IMG/VR virus record: IMGVR_UViG_3300013120_000738
Location: 1-64,000 of that record
Direction: 5' to 3' (one strand)
Length of the DNA stretch: 64,000 nt
In this document: positions 47,483 through 56,654 of the stretch, one piece after another
How positions within the stretch are numbered: the stretch's first letter is position 1
Layout: each line of letters starts with the position of its first letter
Translations under genes and position numbers: made by a program
Notes under the pieces: model-generated
What the model was told of the DNA's origin: nothing
The model's database searches: none
What the model saw: the letters and a program-made list of their open reading frames with translations, nothing else

Positions 47483-49440
47483 TTCGCATGCCTCTTTAAT
47501 AAATTGCCCCAGCCCTGTTCAACCAAACGTTTATGTTGCATTTTGACTCTTTTCTCAATCCCTAATACAACGAGATTTTTCTCTTTGATTTTATTAGTCT
47601 CATGATGCTCATTCCAGTATGGTACACGACCATGCCACAAATGCAAGAAATCGAAAATCCTATCCTCTTTCCAATCACTAGCTCCAGATAACCTAGCGTA
47701 GAAATCACAGTCCTCACATCCGTAACCCCAATAGTCTTGGCAAAATGCACCAACTCTCCAATATGCCTGAATAGTACACCCTACTGATCCACCTTCAAAA
47801 TATCCAACAACTCTATCACAATTTATATCATCATCCACTTTTCCTAAATCACATATACGATCTGTTGATTGCTTGTCGGCATAAACAACAGTACTACCAA
47901 GGTGGCATGATTCACGATCTTCCAAGATACGAGCAACAGATCTTGTATAATTTCCCTGAACAAGCAGATCAGCATCATGTAACACCACAGTCGGTGTAAT
48001 CACCTTCGATACACCTGTGTTAAAAGCTAATGACTTATTAAATAACGGATTCTGGGCGGTAACGTGGCAATAAGTAACAGGATTGAAGTTATCGAGATTT
48101 ATCTTGGTATTGGCATCTTGTTCAACAACTATAATATGAACAACAGGATATCGTTGTGCTCTTATATTATTGACAGCGGCTAAGATGCACTTTTCTCTGC
48201 CGGTATTTCTAAATGGTATTACATAAGATATTTCCGGCAATCTAGATCTTTCTGTTGGACCTATCCTCCTATAAGTTCTTTTAGCAAATATCTTCCTTCC
48301 TTCTCTGAGATGTGTACTTCTATCTTCCATAGCAGAAGTATCTTTATGGATCTTGAAATAAAGTTCTGACCCATCGACATCCCAAAATCCTGGATTTTGT
48401 AATTCAAATTCCCATGCCTTCTGAGACCAATCTACATGTTCCATTCCATATAGACCATATGCTTCATCAAAATAACCACATTTAACAAGCATTTCCCTCG
48501 AGAAAGCCAATACTGCACCATGTGGCTTTTCATCCACTACTCGCAGATTTAGGTTACCTCTTTTCTGCAATTTGCCTTCGCCAGCACCATACACACCAAC
48601 CTGTCTGTAAGAGAAATGGTGCATACCTGTCTCTATCATAGCGTCATGGTATAAAGTGTCCCAGCCCTTTCTTAAAACTTCAACATCATCATTTAGAATC
48701 ATACCGTAAGCAAATCTCGACAAGCACCGTATCAATCTATTACTATTGCCAGCTATACCTAACCTCTCTGAATTCTTAATAACCACAATATTATGATTGC
48801 TTGATAAATCATTCAGATATTGTACGGTTGGTTTATCAGTACTAGCGTCATCGCTGATAAAGAGGGTAGTTTTAGACAAATCAGTATTGGTGAGAATTGA
48901 ATTTACTAATCTCTTTAAACAATCTGCTCTATTATATGATAGTATTCCAATTCCTATATTATTACTTATTGGGAAGATATTGTTCTTTAAATTGGATTGA
49001 AGCAATCTATTTGCATCTACATTTACTCTTCTACCGACGACTTTTGATCTCTTCCTTTGTCGCGGTGCAGCCCTCTCTTGTCTAATTATACTACGAGCTC
49101 TTGATACTCTAACTGCTTTCCGTGCTTCTTGCCGGGCTTTTTTACGTTCTTGTAGTTTACTTCTTTCTTCCTGCAACTGAGATTGATCTGGAGTCTCTTT
49201 CTTCTCTTGCCTCCTAGTCTTTGTCTTACCTAATATCACTTTATTTCTAATCAAGGACTGCGGTTGTTTCATACGTTTATTTGGTGTTGATTCATTTACG
49301 AGTTTTATAAATCCTCTAGTCCTATATCGTTCAAAATATTCACCCAGCACTCTTTTCTGGCGTGGTCGCAGAATAATCTCCTTGCCATCGGGGCCTATAA
49401 GATGAACTGCATAATTATTGTGATTAATATATTCGGGCAT
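47479..49440 (-). CDS. Two-domain glycosyltransferase (GT2 + GT7-like) with N-terminal extension
   Basis: ILSYNR...DDAS...LNDD...FDE.YGLYG.EHVD; second domain IPFR...EQD...FNKS...N.G...HDAD...YWGYGCED.DF. Confidence 0.85.
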   Translation of the reverse strand: MPEYINHNNYAVHLIGPDGKEIILRPRQKRVLGEYFERYRTRGFIKLVNESTPNKRMKQPQSLIRNKVILGKTKTRRQEKKETPDQSQLQEERSKLQERKKARQEARKAVRVSRARSIIRQERAAPRQRKRSKVVGRRVNVDANRLLQSNLKNNIFPISNNIGIGILSYNRADCLKRLVNSILTNTDLSKTTLFISDDASTDKPTVQYLNDLSSNHNIVVIKNSERLGIAGNSNRLIRCLSRFAYGMILNDDVEVLRKGWDTLYHDAMIETGMHHFSYRQVGVYGAGEGKLQKRGNLNLRVVDEKPHGAVLAFSREMLVKCGYFDEAYGLYGMEHVDWSQKAWEFELQNPGFWDVDGSELYFKIHKDTSAMEDRSTHLREGRKIFAKRTYRRIGPTERSRLPEISYVIPFRNTGREKCILAAVNNIRAQRYPVVHIIVVEQDANTKINLDNFNPVTYCHVTAQNPLFNKSLAFNTGVSKVITPTVVLHDADLLVQGNYTRSVARILEDRESCHLGSTVVYADKQSTDRICDLGKVDDDINCDRVVGYFEGGSVGCTIQAYWRVGAFCQDYWGYGCEDCDFYARLSGASDWKEDRIFDFLHLWHGRVPYWNEHHETNKIKEKNLVVLGIEKRVKMQHKRLVEQGWGNLLKRHAK

Positions 49441-49442
49441 GC

Positions 49443-50099
49443 CTACCTCTTCACTTCAACATATAATGGCACAAAATTATCTGGTGTCACACTATGCATT
49501 CTAAATCTGCTTGGTTTCAGTATTAAATCACCACTGTATGAACCAGATCCATATTCAATATACTCCATAGCACGATCGTCAAGAATCTCGATCTTTTGTA
49601 CTTCTTGTGTTGGAAAAACTTTGCTGAAAACATCTCTAAGCATTCCAGGAGATGCAAACTTATTTATCCCAACTTGGATGTCTACTAATATAAGCTCACC
49701 ATCAACAATGGCAAAGAAGAATTGTGCTTGATCTAATTTGATTAAGCGCATCGTTTCATATAGCACCATAATCCTGTCTTTAACCAGTTCGTTAGCATGC
49801 GTGACTAATGTAGTAGGCTTATCAGATACTATGTCTATCTTATTACCGAGCCAATCCCCGCATATTATAACAACCTGATCTTTCTGTGGTTGCCTATATA
49901 TCAACGCCGATAGACCAGCATTACCATAATGTCTTATAACGTAACAGAATATATCTTTTATAGGCGCGGAATCGAATGGGAGTAATTCAGGGTACTTTAA
50001 TAGCTCTGGTAACTTTAATTTAGATGTACCAGACGTTCGCATTTTGGGACGTTTCGTGCTGGAGAATCGCGAACTTTCCATTTGCGGCGGTTTTGACAT
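49443..50099 (-). CDS. Hypothetical protein
   Basis: 218-aa ORF. Confidence 0.6.
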   Translation of the reverse strand: MSKPPQMESSRFSSTKRPKMRTSGTSKLKLPELLKYPELLPFDSAPIKDIFCYVIRHYGNAGLSALIYRQPQKDQVVIICGDWLGNKIDIVSDKPTTLVTHANELVKDRIMVLYETMRLIKLDQAQFFFAIVDGELILVDIQVGINKFASPGMLRDVFSKVFPTQEVQKIEILDDRAMEYIEYGSGSYSGDLILKPSRFRMHSVTPDNFVPLYVEVKR

Positions 50100-50385
50100 C
50101 TGACAATTTTACCTTTATAGTTTCTTTTGTTTGTTTCTCTTCTGGCATTGTTAATAATATAAATGGTACTCCAGAAACTACAATATGTAGTTCATCAGTC
50201 TCATGATCATAATTGACAATCAAACCATGCCATGTAGTAAACCATTTAGACCAAACAAAATAATCGCCGAATTGTGGCTTATATTGGGATCTAGGTTTGT
50301 ACTGAGCCAGTACTGTCGGATTCGCTAGGTTTTGTTGTTCTAGTGAGTTTGTGGGTGTAGATGTCGTATTTGTAGATGAAACCAT
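50020..50385 (-). CDS. Hypothetical protein
   Basis: ORF overlapping its neighbours. Confidence 0.5.
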   Translation of the reverse strand: MVSSTNTTSTPTNSLEQQNLANPTVLAQYKPRSQYKPQFGDYFVWSKWFTTWHGLIVNYDHETDELHIVVSGVPFILLTMPEEKQTKETIKVKLSDVKTAANGKFAILQHETSQNANVWYI

Positions 50386-50833
50386 CGCCTAAATCCCAAT
50401 AAATAAGTGTGCCTTGCCGATACCCACCCAACCACTGCCTTATAAACTTGTCAACCCAAACAACACCTTCACTACCTTTCCCTATGGTAGCAGGCTTCAT
50501 CAATATACCATTCACTTCTGTAGGAGAACTATTGTCTCTTAATTGCTCCTCATGTTCTATCCATTTCTTGACTAAATCAAGACCTTCGATAAGCATTTCT
50601 CGCTTGGTCCTGGATTTTGTGTTTGCTGATACTTGTACTTGTCTGGATCCAGATTCTGTTTCGGCCTGTAATGTCGTACTCAGTGGTACTGTTCGAGAAG
50701 CCTCGTTCTTGCTAGGATCAAGTTCTGCTACTACTCTTTTTATATCACCAAGGGAATGGATTTCAGCCGGTTTTAGGATCTCCGGCCCCAACTTCCTCAT
50801 TTCCCTCTCCCTCGCCATATCCAATTCCAGCAT
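50291..50833 (-). CDS. Hypothetical protein
   Basis: 180-aa ORF. Confidence 0.55.
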   Translation of the reverse strand: MLELDMAREREMRKLGPEILKPAEIHSLGDIKRVVAELDPSKNEASRTVPLSTTLQAETESGSRQVQVSANTKSRTKREMLIEGLDLVKKWIEHEEQLRDNSSPTEVNGILMKPATIGKGSEGVVWVDKFIRQWLGGYRQGTLIYWDLGDGFIYKYDIYTHKLTRTTKPSESDSTGSVQT

Positions 50834-51266
50834 CTTCCTGCTCCGACACTCTAACTAATAAATCATGGGTACGTACGCGACCACGCCTTACTATCTCAAA
50901 AATAGCATGTGTCCAATTTGAAATCCTATGTATGATTAAAGTAGAAATTAACCAGCATACCAAAACATTATTGACTAGAGCACGCGGCCCATCTAATGAT
51001 ACAAATAAAGCTAGAAAGCCCGAAGTCCATACACTAGTACAATAACCACAACTCCATAGTTCATCTACAAACACTTTAAATCTTTGAAAATATGTATCGG
51101 GTGGTGGTTTATCAATAGGGTATGTCCATTTTTTCCACGGATCCCTAAAGAACTTAGCGGAGAACTTAGAATCCACTATTAATTCTGCTAGAGCTTCACT
51201 AGCTAGACCCAGCAGAATATATTGAACTATTACAAATAGCAATTGTTCAAAGGACATTAAAACCAT
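50763..51266 (-). CDS. DUF1360-like membrane protein
   Basis: TM helices and L.SC.YC.SVW motif. Confidence 0.7.
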   Translation of the reverse strand: MVLMSFEQLLFVIVQYILLGLASEALAELIVDSKFSAKFFRDPWKKWTYPIDKPPPDTYFQRFKVFVDELWSCGYCTSVWTSGFLALFVSLDGPRALVNNVLVCWLISTLIIHRISNWTHAIFEIVRRGRVRTHDLLVRVSEQEDAGIGYGEGEGNEEVGAGDPKTG

Positions 51267-51820
51267 TCCGCTTTCTGTTTATGTGGACAAATCCCATCGT
51301 TTCTAGCACGTCCGCAATTACAATTGAAACATAACACCTGATATCCATCTGGGAAATCATTCTTCTTCAACCAATATGCTAATCGTTTCCTATCACCTCG
51401 ATGTTGTTTATGACCATCACTGTTGATATGATCGATTGTTAAAAAGAAGATATTCGTTTCGCCACAACACGCACATTTTGGCCCACCATAATGATTTAAG
51501 ACCTCAAGAAATAATTGGCGTGACCGCCTCCGATAATACCCAGGATTTGACTTACGCCATTCAGCCGCAGATTCAACATATTTACTAGCACATGCTTCGC
51601 ATAACGTCTTTCCAGGGCGTGCTGTAGAACCGCAACGACATGTTCCAGTAGCAGCTAACTTCGAGTGGCGACGCTGCCGTGCTTCTTTTCGTTTTTGTTT
51701 ACAATATGTACAACAAATAGAATTATGTTCGGGTTCACGACAACCACATCTAACGCATTTATTATTTGCTTTTCTATCAGCGTACTTACCCATGGTACCC
51801 TTTTTTGTCATATTTGACAA
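51257..51820 (-). CDS. HNH endonuclease with N-terminal zinc fingers
   Basis: CACCGE...LTIDHIN.DG...YQVLCFNCN. Confidence 0.8.
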   Translation of the reverse strand: MSNMTKKGTMGKYADRKANNKCVRCGCREPEHNSICCTYCKQKRKEARQRRHSKLAATGTCRCGSTARPGKTLCEACASKYVESAAEWRKSNPGYYRRRSRQLFLEVLNHYGGPKCACCGETNIFFLTIDHINSDGHKQHRGDRKRLAYWLKKNDFPDGYQVLCFNCNCGRARNDGICPHKQKAEWF

Positions 51821-51839
51821 AATGGGTACACCACACCGC

Positions 51840-52100
51840 TTATGAGATATGCTTGCAGTTCACGTTAGCACATTGAATTCTCTGACGACTAGCAATAACA
51901 ACAAGCATCGTTGGGTATCCACATTTCGGGCACCTTTGACGTGGTACTACATATTGTCGTTTTATCTCGACATTTCTTGTAGAAGGCTTACGAGAAACTC
52001 TATGAATCGCCGCTCTCTTTTTCTTCTTCGTAGATGGGCGATTTACTACTTGTTGTCGAACAGTTCTAGGACTACCTTTTCCACCACCACAGCAAGGCAT
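51840..52100 (-). CDS. Small basic Cys-rich protein
   Basis: MPCCGGGK...CPKC...C...C. Confidence 0.6.
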   Translation of the reverse strand: MPCCGGGKGSPRTVRQQVVNRPSTKKKKRAAIHRVSRKPSTRNVEIKRQYVVPRQRCPKCGYPTMLVVIASRQRIQCANVNCKHIS

Positions 52101-52102
52101 AG

Positions 52103-52270
52103 TTACACTCTATATCTGTTTAGGTTATTGGCTGGCTGTGTGGCAACAATTATAGGTTTTCTAGCATTTAATCTAATAGTTTTCTTTTCTATCGCCCTCT
52201 TTGAAAGAGAACGACCCGCCGGTCTAGAAATCCTAATAGGTTGTTTGCCACCACAAGATCCACAAGACAT
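52103..52270 (-). CDS. 55-aa basic protein MSCGSCGGK... (below ORF-track cutoff)
   Basis: Hand translation; SD GGAG; fills the operon gap. Confidence 0.65.
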   Translation of the reverse strand: MSCGSCGGKQPIRISRPAGRSLSKRAIEKKTIRLNARKPIIVATQPANNLNRYRV

Positions 52271-52285
52271 TATACACTCCTATTT

Positions 52286-52942
52286 CTAGGTTTGTACAAA
52301 TATCGTCTTTGGATCTATATTAGCGGCAAAATCACGCCACCGGCATAAACAAGGCTCTAAGAGAGCAAGAGACACCATCACAGGATTCTTCTTAGAATGG
52401 GAAACATCTAGTTCTATTTCACCACATCTATCATAGCAATTCACGAGGATATGTGGGAATGGTAGTGTACCAGGCACCGGGGAAGTAGTAATATCAAACT
52501 TATTGACTGGATACCATGTTTCTATCAAACACTGTGGAAATGCTATCCAGTCGAAGTTTGGATGGGGTTTAAAAAACAATAATGGATATCTAATTTGTTC
52601 TATCTTCTCAGACAATATTATAGCATCATATGTTACCTGATGCCACCACTCTGTGAACTTAGCCGTTTTAGGACTAGACATAAGGCCATCTAGGCTAAAT
52701 CCCTGGCCTTTCTTGGCCTCTATGGCGAATATAGTATCACCCTCTACAGGTATTACATCGCCTACACCCTCTACCACCTTTACATCATCTCCACGCCCTT
52801 CAACCCGCCGCCGCCGAAATTCCTTACCAGTCCATTCTTTGAGTAATTTAGCCACACGGCGCTCATGAGCCTTAGCAGTCCTGACATTACTCTTGCCAGT
52901 TTTGGAGAATTTCTTTTTCTGTTCTTCTGTCAACTCGGCCAT
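52286..52942 (-). CDS. Holliday junction resolvase-like PD-(D/E)XK nuclease
   Basis: K.HER.VA..L, GDV, IEAK. Confidence 0.7.
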   Translation of the reverse strand: MAELTEEQKKKFSKTGKSNVRTAKAHERRVAKLLKEWTGKEFRRRRVEGRGDDVKVVEGVGDVIPVEGDTIFAIEAKKGQGFSLDGLMSSPKTAKFTEWWHQVTYDAIILSEKIEQIRYPLLFFKPHPNFDWIAFPQCLIETWYPVNKFDITTSPVPGTLPFPHILVNCYDRCGEIELDVSHSKKNPVMVSLALLEPCLCRWRDFAANIDPKTIFVQT

Positions 52943-52987
52943 AATTACACCTCAAAGTTACAATACCTTATGTACAGGAGTGATATC

Positions 52988-53563
52988 ATGGCAACCAACA
53001 AAATAACTTTCAAAATACAGAAGGCAATATTTCGTTTCCTAGGTGACATAAAATGGGCTGGTATACTTCACCCATTCTGGTTCGTAATTAATGCTAGAAA
53101 TTGCCGATTAAAAGGCAAACATTATCGGCAACTAGAACCATTAATCAAACCCGGTGATATCATTATACGTCGGTTTGAAGGATATGTTGATAAATGGTTC
53201 ATCCCCGGCTGGTGGAATCATGCGGGATTATACGTAGGTGATAACGAAATTATCCACGCTATCAGTGACGGTGTACTCATAGAAGATCTTATAGACTTTA
53301 TGAGAACTGATCATATGATAGTACTACGAGCACCGGAGAAATACCGAGAAGAAGCTATCGAATTAGCCAGGAAAGCTGTCGGAAGTGAATATGATTTCGA
53401 TTTTGATTTCAAGAGTACATTAAGATTTAGTTGTACAGAACTTATAAGTCATTGCTTCCCAGGACTTATCACTGGGTCAAAACGATTCGGTAGAGTTACT
53501 GTAGTAGCGGATGATATTGTCAACAATTCACAACTAGAAGTAGTTTGGGATTCTACTAAATGA
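52988..53563 (+). CDS. Permuted papain-like amidase (YiiX/YebB, NlpC/P60)
   Basis: PGDII, W.HAGLY, IHA, YDF.F, FSCTEL. Confidence 0.8.
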   Translation: MATNKITFKIQKAIFRFLGDIKWAGILHPFWFVINARNCRLKGKHYRQLEPLIKPGDIIIRRFEGYVDKWFIPGWWNHAGLYVGDNEIIHAISDGVLIEDLIDFMRTDHMIVLRAPEKYREEAIELARKAVGSEYDFDFDFKSTLRFSCTELISHCFPGLITGSKRFGRVTVVADDIVNNSQLEVVWDSTK

Positions 53564-54360
53564 GAGTGCTAATAAATGAAGACAAAAAGCTCTGCTTCTG
53601 GACATCACAGAAGGCTGGCAGCACAACACTTTTTATATGGTTTCTAAAGACTATTGGCCAATATGAAAGAGCTTTAAAAGTCGGACTAAGAAGATATAGA
53701 AATCAAAGTGGTAAGTGGGCATCATGGAGCCAACGCAAAAAAGAATTCCTCCGAAACCCAGATCAAGATAAATATTATAAAGTTGCTCTTGTTAGAAATC
53801 CATATGCAAGGGCCGTAAGCATATTTCTCCACTGCCTTGAACGGCATCCACAAAATATTAGTGATAGGAAATTAAATCCTAGATTATTAGCTGAAAATCC
53901 ACGAGTAATAGTAAGAGTCGATTATAGCAAATTCGGTTTGACACCAAACCTATCATTCCATGATTTCCTATTATTGTTGATAGAAAACCAAAAAACGAAA
54001 AAAGGGTGGTTTGAAGGACATACACTACCACAATTACGCAGAAGAATCGACATATCGTATTTCAGTCAGATTATTAAATTAGAAAGCATCGAAGCAGAAT
54101 TAGACCAACTAAATCAAAGATTCGAATTAGGTGTCCAATATAAAGATTGCGACGTACCTCACCATACTGAGAGACGCACAGAAGAAGAGACTTTCGAAAC
54201 AGAACATTACAATCTTGGATATAGGAGCCTATATGATCTATATGATGGAGTATTCCCAGATTTCCATCATTTCTATACACCAGAAATTATAGATTTATTA
54301 GCTGAAATCCACGGCATAGATTTAGAAAGTCTGGATTATCCCAGCCCATTAGCTAGGTAG
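53560..54360 (+). CDS. Sulfotransferase family 2 protein
   Basis: QKAGSTT, VRNPY.R.VS, H.LPQ, IIKLE. Confidence 0.8.
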   Translation: MRVLINEDKKLCFWTSQKAGSTTLFIWFLKTIGQYERALKVGLRRYRNQSGKWASWSQRKKEFLRNPDQDKYYKVALVRNPYARAVSIFLHCLERHPQNISDRKLNPRLLAENPRVIVRVDYSKFGLTPNLSFHDFLLLLIENQKTKKGWFEGHTLPQLRRRIDISYFSQIIKLESIEAELDQLNQRFELGVQYKDCDVPHHTERRTEEETFETEHYNLGYRSLYDLYDGVFPDFHHFYTPEIIDLLAEIHGIDLESLDYPSPLAR

Positions 54361-54631
54361 CACTATTCACATCGCCAGCATCATACGTTACAATCATATT
54401 CTGATCCATATGATATAACACAAAATCGCTGGCAGCTTCAAGTTCTAGATAAGTCTTCACATCCGGATTATTAGCAGTATTTGGTATAGAGGAATCGGCA
54501 AGTACCCTATGATCGTGCGATCCCGTCAGATGTTGTGCGATAGTAGTAGTATTACTATCCTTATCCACAACATTCCCGGAGGCATCTACTTTTAGAAAAC
54601 CAGTACGCGCAACATGTATACCAACAGCCAT
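54353..54631 (-). CDS. Small hypothetical (probable virion) protein
   Basis: SD AGGAG; CAAATATA upstream. Confidence 0.6.
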   Translation of the reverse strand: MAVGIHVARTGFLKVDASGNVVDKDSNTTTIAQHLTGSHDHRVLADSSIPNTANNPDVKTYLELEAASDFVLYHMDQNMIVTYDAGDVNSAT

Positions 54632-54647
54632 GATTCAATCTCCTGAT

Positions 54648-55499
54648 TTATATTTGAGATGGAGATAATTGTAGGAATGGTGGTAATAAATCCGTTTCTT
54701 CGGATACAAAACCCATCACTTTGTACTTACCAACTAACTCATCTATCTTTTTCTTGTCCCACCTGATTGGCTTTTGCATAGTTGACCAAACATACTTCCT
54801 ATTAGCAAGCAATCGTGGACACAATGATAAATCTATTAGTAATAAATTCTTATAATATAGCTGGCTACCCTGCGTTTGAAGAAATTCATTTAAGGATTGA
54901 ACACCTTCTAGCATAGCAGCCGATTTCTTAGGACCAATTCCACGATACCCATCAATTGAATCAGCCTTATCACCCATCAAGGCTTTTTGAGCAGCTGGAT
55001 TAATATGTGGGACGGACATCATTTCTTGTTTCTTCGGGTCCCACACTTCTACCGTTGGATACACAAATGGCATCTGTATCATATCGGAATCGGTAGAAAT
55101 AATTACACTATCACTAGGATGAATAGTATTCACAGCAGCATATATTAAGTCGTCTGCCTCCATCTGTGCCTTAAAATATTGGCGAACATTCATAAACGGA
55201 AGAATTTCCATCGCCACCCTAGTAGTAATGGCCAAATCCTCAGAAATATCCTCAACATATTGACTATTAGATCTATCTTTATATGTCTCCAGAACAAGTC
55301 TACGCCACACCTTTGTCTTCGGTGCATCCCAGAAAATGTGAACAGAAGATGGATTAAATCTGCCTATCCAAGATGATAACTGGCGTAGAAATATCACAAA
55401 ATAGTGATATTTAATAGTATGCCTTCTATCAGCCTTAACAGCATATATAGCCCTATAAAGGGCATTACGAGCATCAACAAGTAAGGCTTTATTAGGCAT
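54648..55499 (-). CDS. 5'-3' exonuclease / T4 RNase H-like
   Basis: LLVDA.N, WD, Y K..R, EADD, STDSD, GDKADSIDG..GIGPK. Confidence 0.9.
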   Translation of the reverse strand: MPNKALLVDARNALYRAIYAVKADRRHTIKYHYFVIFLRQLSSWIGRFNPSSVHIFWDAPKTKVWRRLVLETYKDRSNSQYVEDISEDLAITTRVAMEILPFMNVRQYFKAQMEADDLIYAAVNTIHPSDSVIISTDSDMIQMPFVYPTVEVWDPKKQEMMSVPHINPAAQKALMGDKADSIDGYRGIGPKKSAAMLEGVQSLNEFLQTQGSQLYYKNLLLIDLSLCPRLLANRKYVWSTMQKPIRWDKKKIDELVGKYKVMGFVSEETDLLPPFLQLSPSQI

Positions 55500-55508
55500 A
55501 ATAGGGGA

Positions 55509-55541
55509 GTGGGGCGGGAGGGAACAGGGCTCCCGCCCCAC
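55509..55541. terminator. Perfect 12-bp GC hairpin after ssb
   Basis: GTGGGGCGGGAG / CTCCCGCCCCAC. Confidence 0.6.
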
Positions 55542-55555
55542 GTGGCGAAAGGAGA

Positions 55556-56596
55556 TTAGTCTTCGTCGTCGAGTTGCTCGAGAAGAGCACTTATTTCTTC
55601 ACTCTCGACATCATCGCCCGCAGGCTCAGTATCGGATGTCTCCTCCTGAACAGGGGCCTCACCCGCCAAATCATCTGAGCTATCGTCAGTTGGCCCAGCC
55701 TCGGCCTCAGATTCCTCAACTGGCCCAGCCTCGGACTCATCCTCAACCGGCCCAGCCTCAGCCTCATCAGTAGGAGCCGTTTCATCCTTATCAAAGCCTC
55801 CAGATTCCTCGTGTTGGTCGTCAGCATTTGATAGGAATGCGAACATCTTCTTGATGTCTGCGGGATTCGGTTCTTCCACCTTCGAGAACAAGTTATGGCG
55901 TAACCTCAGAAGGGCTTTGATGCCCTTTTCATTTGGCTCGCCTTTCTTACCTACCATTGGGACGGGCTCGCCATCTTTCGTGACAAAGTGGCTTGTTTTG
56001 TAACTATTCTGCTTACCACTCTTTATCACTTCCAATTGGAAGATGAAGGCCGCATGTTCGTCGTAAAAGACGCCATGTGCTTCAGGTTCTTCTTCATCAC
56101 CCTTATCATCACGGTACAATGCAGCGGTCCAGATGTCGAGGCACGTCTTGGGGGCATTGTAGTACTTTACCTTACCGCGAAGTTCCTCAGGGTTGCCTTG
56201 CCAATGTGTGAAATAAATATTGACCATCGAGTATTTGGATGGCAACCAAATCTCTCTGATTTTCTTCCGTGCATCTTCGTCTTTCTCTTCCCTAAGGAGA
56301 TCAAGGCCGAATTGGCAAATCTCACACTCAGAATTGTCCCAGGACCGTGGGCATGGGTGTGGCCGCATATTGATCCAGTGATTGCCATGTTGCAAGAAGA
56401 AGTGATCCATAGTCTCCTTGGCAGTACCGGATTTGAGTACATCACCCTTCTGTATCGGCGGTAGGACAAAATACCGATACTTGATAGCCTCGGTCGTGCT
56501 TGTGGCTTTCGCGGGCTTGAACTCGTCCGGATCAGCGAATTTCCCGCCCATTTGAGACTTCAATTTCTTGCGGATTGCTTCTACATCGTAACTCAT
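55556..56596 (-). CDS. Single-stranded DNA-binding protein (T4 gp32-like)
   Basis: H...CP......C.IC zinc site, GKVKYY, F.L...K.G....Y..S.F, long acidic C-tail. Confidence 0.8.
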   Translation of the reverse strand: MSYDVEAIRKKLKSQMGGKFADPDEFKPAKATSTTEAIKYRYFVLPPIQKGDVLKSGTAKETMDHFFLQHGNHWINMRPHPCPRSWDNSECEICQFGLDLLREEKDEDARKKIREIWLPSKYSMVNIYFTHWQGNPEELRGKVKYYNAPKTCLDIWTAALYRDDKGDEEEPEAHGVFYDEHAAFIFQLEVIKSGKQNSYKTSHFVTKDGEPVPMVGKKGEPNEKGIKALLRLRHNLFSKVEEPNPADIKKMFAFLSNADDQHEESGGFDKDETAPTDEAEAGPVEDESEAGPVEESEAEAGPTDDSSDDLAGEAPVQEETSDTEPAGDDVESEEISALLEQLDDED

Positions 56597-56654
56597 TTTC
56601 AGTGCTCCAGTTTCAGCTTTTCAGTTTCATTTTCAGTTTCAGTTTCATTTTCAG
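56597..56654 (-). promoter_or_regulatory. Eight (C/A)TGAAA hexamer repeats around the ssb ribosome-binding site
   Basis: Minus strand: CTGAAA ATGAAA CTGAAA CTGAAA ATGAAA CTGAAAAG CTGAAA CTGGAGCA CTGAAA ATG. Confidence 0.75.
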
